IMG/VR virus record: IMGVR_UViG_3300020202_000061
Coordinates: 186,001-250,000 of that record
Direction: 5' to 3' (one strand)
DNA: 64,000 bases
The notes under the pieces are model-generated. The model was not told the origin of the DNA. It saw only the letters and a list, made by a program, of their open reading frames with translations, and searched no databases. Shown one piece after another: positions 62,076 through 64,000 of the stretch; within the stretch, counting starts at the first letter, position 1; each line of letters begins with the position of its first letter. The translations under genes were made by a program, and so were the position numbers.

Positions 62076-62110
62076 CATTCCCTCTGATCTGTCCTAAGTA
62101 GGATGTTGAT

Positions 62111-62232
62111 GACGGGTCGTTAGAATTGGGTTATTGTTGCCTTGATAGCAAACGAGTGGGTTCGATTCCCACGCATCCTCGGAAGAGGGTGTCCTTGGCG
62201 GTAGTTCTAGTCCGGTTCGCCTCTTATCCGTC
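62111..62232 (+). ncRNA. YrlA-like Y RNA, copy C
   Basis: GACGGGT(C)G/TTATCCGTC; TGGGTTATTG; T arm then looped acceptor-like stem; promoter at 62072. Confidence 0.68.
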
Positions 62233-62238
62233 TTCTTT

Positions 62239-62316
62239 CTGGGATTAGCTCAGTCAGGTTAGAGTGTCGGTTTTGGAAGCCGAAGGTCGAGGGTTCAAAT
62301 CCCTCATCCCAGACCA
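62239..62316 (+). tRNA. tRNA-Pro(TGG)
   Basis: CTGGGAT/ATCCCAG-A-CCA; TT-TGG-AA. Confidence 0.92.
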
Positions 62317-62389
62317 AAATTGGAAGACCAGTTGAAAAATCCCCACGAAACTCCTATGTGAGTCGTGGGGATTTTCGTTGGGGGAATTC

Positions 62390-62611
62390 ATGATCAGTAT
62401 TTTGATTGTTTCGCTGGTGGCCGGTTTGGTCATCGCTATTGGTTTTTTGATCAACGACTCTCTTCCAGTGAAATACCCCTATCTGGGGTTCCTTGGCGTT
62501 ACAGTGTTTTGGCCCCTCGGGCTGGTTGCGGCTGCAATCTTCGGGCTCGGGTATTTTCTGTTTCAGACTGGGCGTGAGATCGGCGTACTGCTGGGGATGG
62601 TGAAGTCATGA
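62390..62611 (+). CDS. two-TM membrane protein
   Basis: FWPL motif; paralogous series. Confidence 0.6.
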   Translation: MISILIVSLVAGLVIAIGFLINDSLPVKYPYLGFLGVTVFWPLGLVAAAIFGLGYFLFQTGREIGVLLGMVKS

Positions 62612-62862
62612 TCAGTGGGATTCTCGCATATATTTTGGTCGGTGGCTTATGCTGGGCATTCGGGGTTCTGGGGCTTGTTGCTTTCGATGAAAGTGATCAC
62701 GGATTGTTTAGCCAATATCCGTATCTGATCTCGTTGATTCTATTGCTGGGATGGCCTTTGGTTATTCCGAGTGTTATATTGGGACTGATCTGTTATGCGC
62801 TGTATCGCGCCACTAAGGAGATTCAACTGCTCTGGTCACGTCTTTCCGGGAAAGCCCTATGA
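62608..62862 (+). CDS. two-TM membrane protein
   Basis: GWPL motif. Confidence 0.6.
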   Translation: MISGILAYILVGGLCWAFGVLGLVAFDESDHGLFSQYPYLISLILLLGWPLVIPSVILGLICYALYRATKEIQLLWSRLSGKAL

Positions 62863-63104
62863 ATTGGTTTTTTGTTGCACTTGCCTACTCGTTTATAGGA
62901 GCATGCATCATTGCATTTTATTGGTCGGCGTATGACGATGCCCCACTCGATGCGAAACCACCCCTGCCGTTGTGGACCGGAACCCTACTATTTTTGGGCT
63001 GGCCAATTGCAGGAGTTATTGGTATAATTATCGGGTCGTATTTGTTCGGCCGCGCCCTCTACAGGGAAGCCGCAGAGTTCTTCTCCAAAAAGGGAACTAC
63101 CTGA
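62859..63104 (+). CDS. two-TM membrane protein
   Basis: GWPI motif. Confidence 0.6.
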   Translation: MNWFFVALAYSFIGACIIAFYWSAYDDAPLDAKPPLPLWTGTLLFLGWPIAGVIGIIIGSYLFGRALYREAAEFFSKKGTT

Positions 63105-63301
63105 TGCAGTATTTGGTGTTCTTGGTGGTCGGTCTGTTGTGGGGACTCTACGCCTGCTCGATCCAGGCCCACCGCAAACCCGATGTCGGCGCACTCCGTC
63201 AGACATGGACATTCGTGTTGAACTTTGTCGGCTGGTTCATCCTGATTCCAACCGCTGTGATCAGCCGCCTTATCTACAACCGTACCCTTATTGTTGGATG
63301 A
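63104..63301 (+). CDS. two-TM membrane protein
   Basis: GWF motif. Confidence 0.55.
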   Translation: MQYLVFLVVGLLWGLYACSIQAHRKPDVGALRQTWTFVLNFVGWFILIPTAVISRLIYNRTLIVG

Positions 63302-63391
63302 TAAATTTAATCCACGGGGTTTTTCTCATAGGGAATTGACAAACCTCCTGACTGCTCCAAATTTCCTATATAGAGTATAGGGGGTGCGGTC

Positions 63392-63967
63392 ATGATTAAG
63401 AGTTTCTTTGAGAAAACGCAGAACCTTCCAATCTACTCGTGGCTGGTCTGGAATGTATTTGGCCTTGCGCTAATCGGTTATTCGGCTCTCCAGGGTTGGG
63501 TCCAGATGTTTCTGACCCAGGACAACACCCACATCACCAAGATCATTGTCGCGATCTTCCTGATTTTTCAAGGAATCGGTTTCTTCCGAATCCGTGACTT
63601 CTCGAACCAACTCGAAGACTTTCGTACCGGAAAAGTTGATCCGGCCGGGGTGAAGCTGTCTGCGTTGATGACGAGAATGGCCGGTAAGGTTCGTATCTTC
63701 CAGGATGCTGCCGTAGCCCTGGTCACGTTGGGCCTGATTGGAACCGCTGTGGGCTACAAAATCGCGATCTCCGAGGTTGATCCCAACGCGGTGAGTGATC
63801 CCAGTGCGTTGACCGGGATGATCACGACGATGTTCGCCGGAATGAACTACATGCTCTACACCACGATTGCCGGAATGGTGTTCGGAATGTGGTTGATGAA
63901 CACCTATTACATTCTGCGTGGTGCTGGCACGGAAATAGTCGCTCTGGTCCAGGAGAAACAGCCCTGA
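63392..63967 (+). CDS. MotA/TolQ/ExbB family membrane protein
   Basis: LGLIGTAVG...MFAGM..MLYTTIAG. Confidence 0.82.
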   Translation: MIKSFFEKTQNLPIYSWLVWNVFGLALIGYSALQGWVQMFLTQDNTHITKIIVAIFLIFQGIGFFRIRDFSNQLEDFRTGKVDPAGVKLSALMTRMAGKVRIFQDAAVALVTLGLIGTAVGYKIAISEVDPNAVSDPSALTGMITTMFAGMNYMLYTTIAGMVFGMWLMNTYYILRGAGTEIVALVQEKQP

Positions 63968-64000
63968 TGTTCGACTCGAACAGCGATGAGTTTCTAGGAC

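Noticed and set aside
62111-62232. Calling the permuted modules ordinary tRNAs or tRNA pseudogenes
   Set aside because: The T arm precedes the D arm in all three copies, inside conserved, mutually pairing flanks, which random decay would not produce.
1-64000. CRISPR array
   Set aside because: No run of equal-length direct repeats with unique spacers; the repeats seen are promoters, tRNA paralogs or in-frame coding repeats.
1-64000. Genome-wide TAG reassignment
   Set aside because: Long genes read through under code 11 and several credible genes end in TAG next to the following start or promoter.

Overview
A 64-kb slice of a large (jumbo-type) lytic phage genome. Evidence: dense short + strand ORFs behind repeated sigma70-like TTGACA-N17-TAnnnT promoters, scattered TAAATA (T4-late-like) genes, and no host housekeeping operons. 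An alphaproteobacterial host is only an inference, from 17-kDa-antigen-like lipoproteins, BTLCP and DUF2958. The window is dominated by RNA biology. It holds 31 tRNA genes, mostly grouped by amino acid, including an amber (CUA) tRNA, a Ser-body tRNA with a CCG anticodon and a D-arm-less tRNA-Tyr. It also holds a bacterial-type RNase P RNA, at least six Y-RNA-like elements sharing a bulged-C terminal helix (three carry a circularly permuted tRNA module, one still with ACCA), and several unexplained structured RNAs. Matching enzymes are a CCA-adding enzyme, two Pth2-like hydrolases, a stand-alone class II aaRS core, and HAD and 2H RNA-repair-type proteins. Other recognisable genes: MetK, CoaD, UNG, macro, HD, two RNase H-like, DEDD exonuclease, HNH, NUDIX-like, GNAT, vWA, SleB-like hydrolase, peptidase M15, MotA/ExbB-like. 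All calls were made by eye, with no database searches or folding runs. Start codons of hypothetical ORFs are best guesses.
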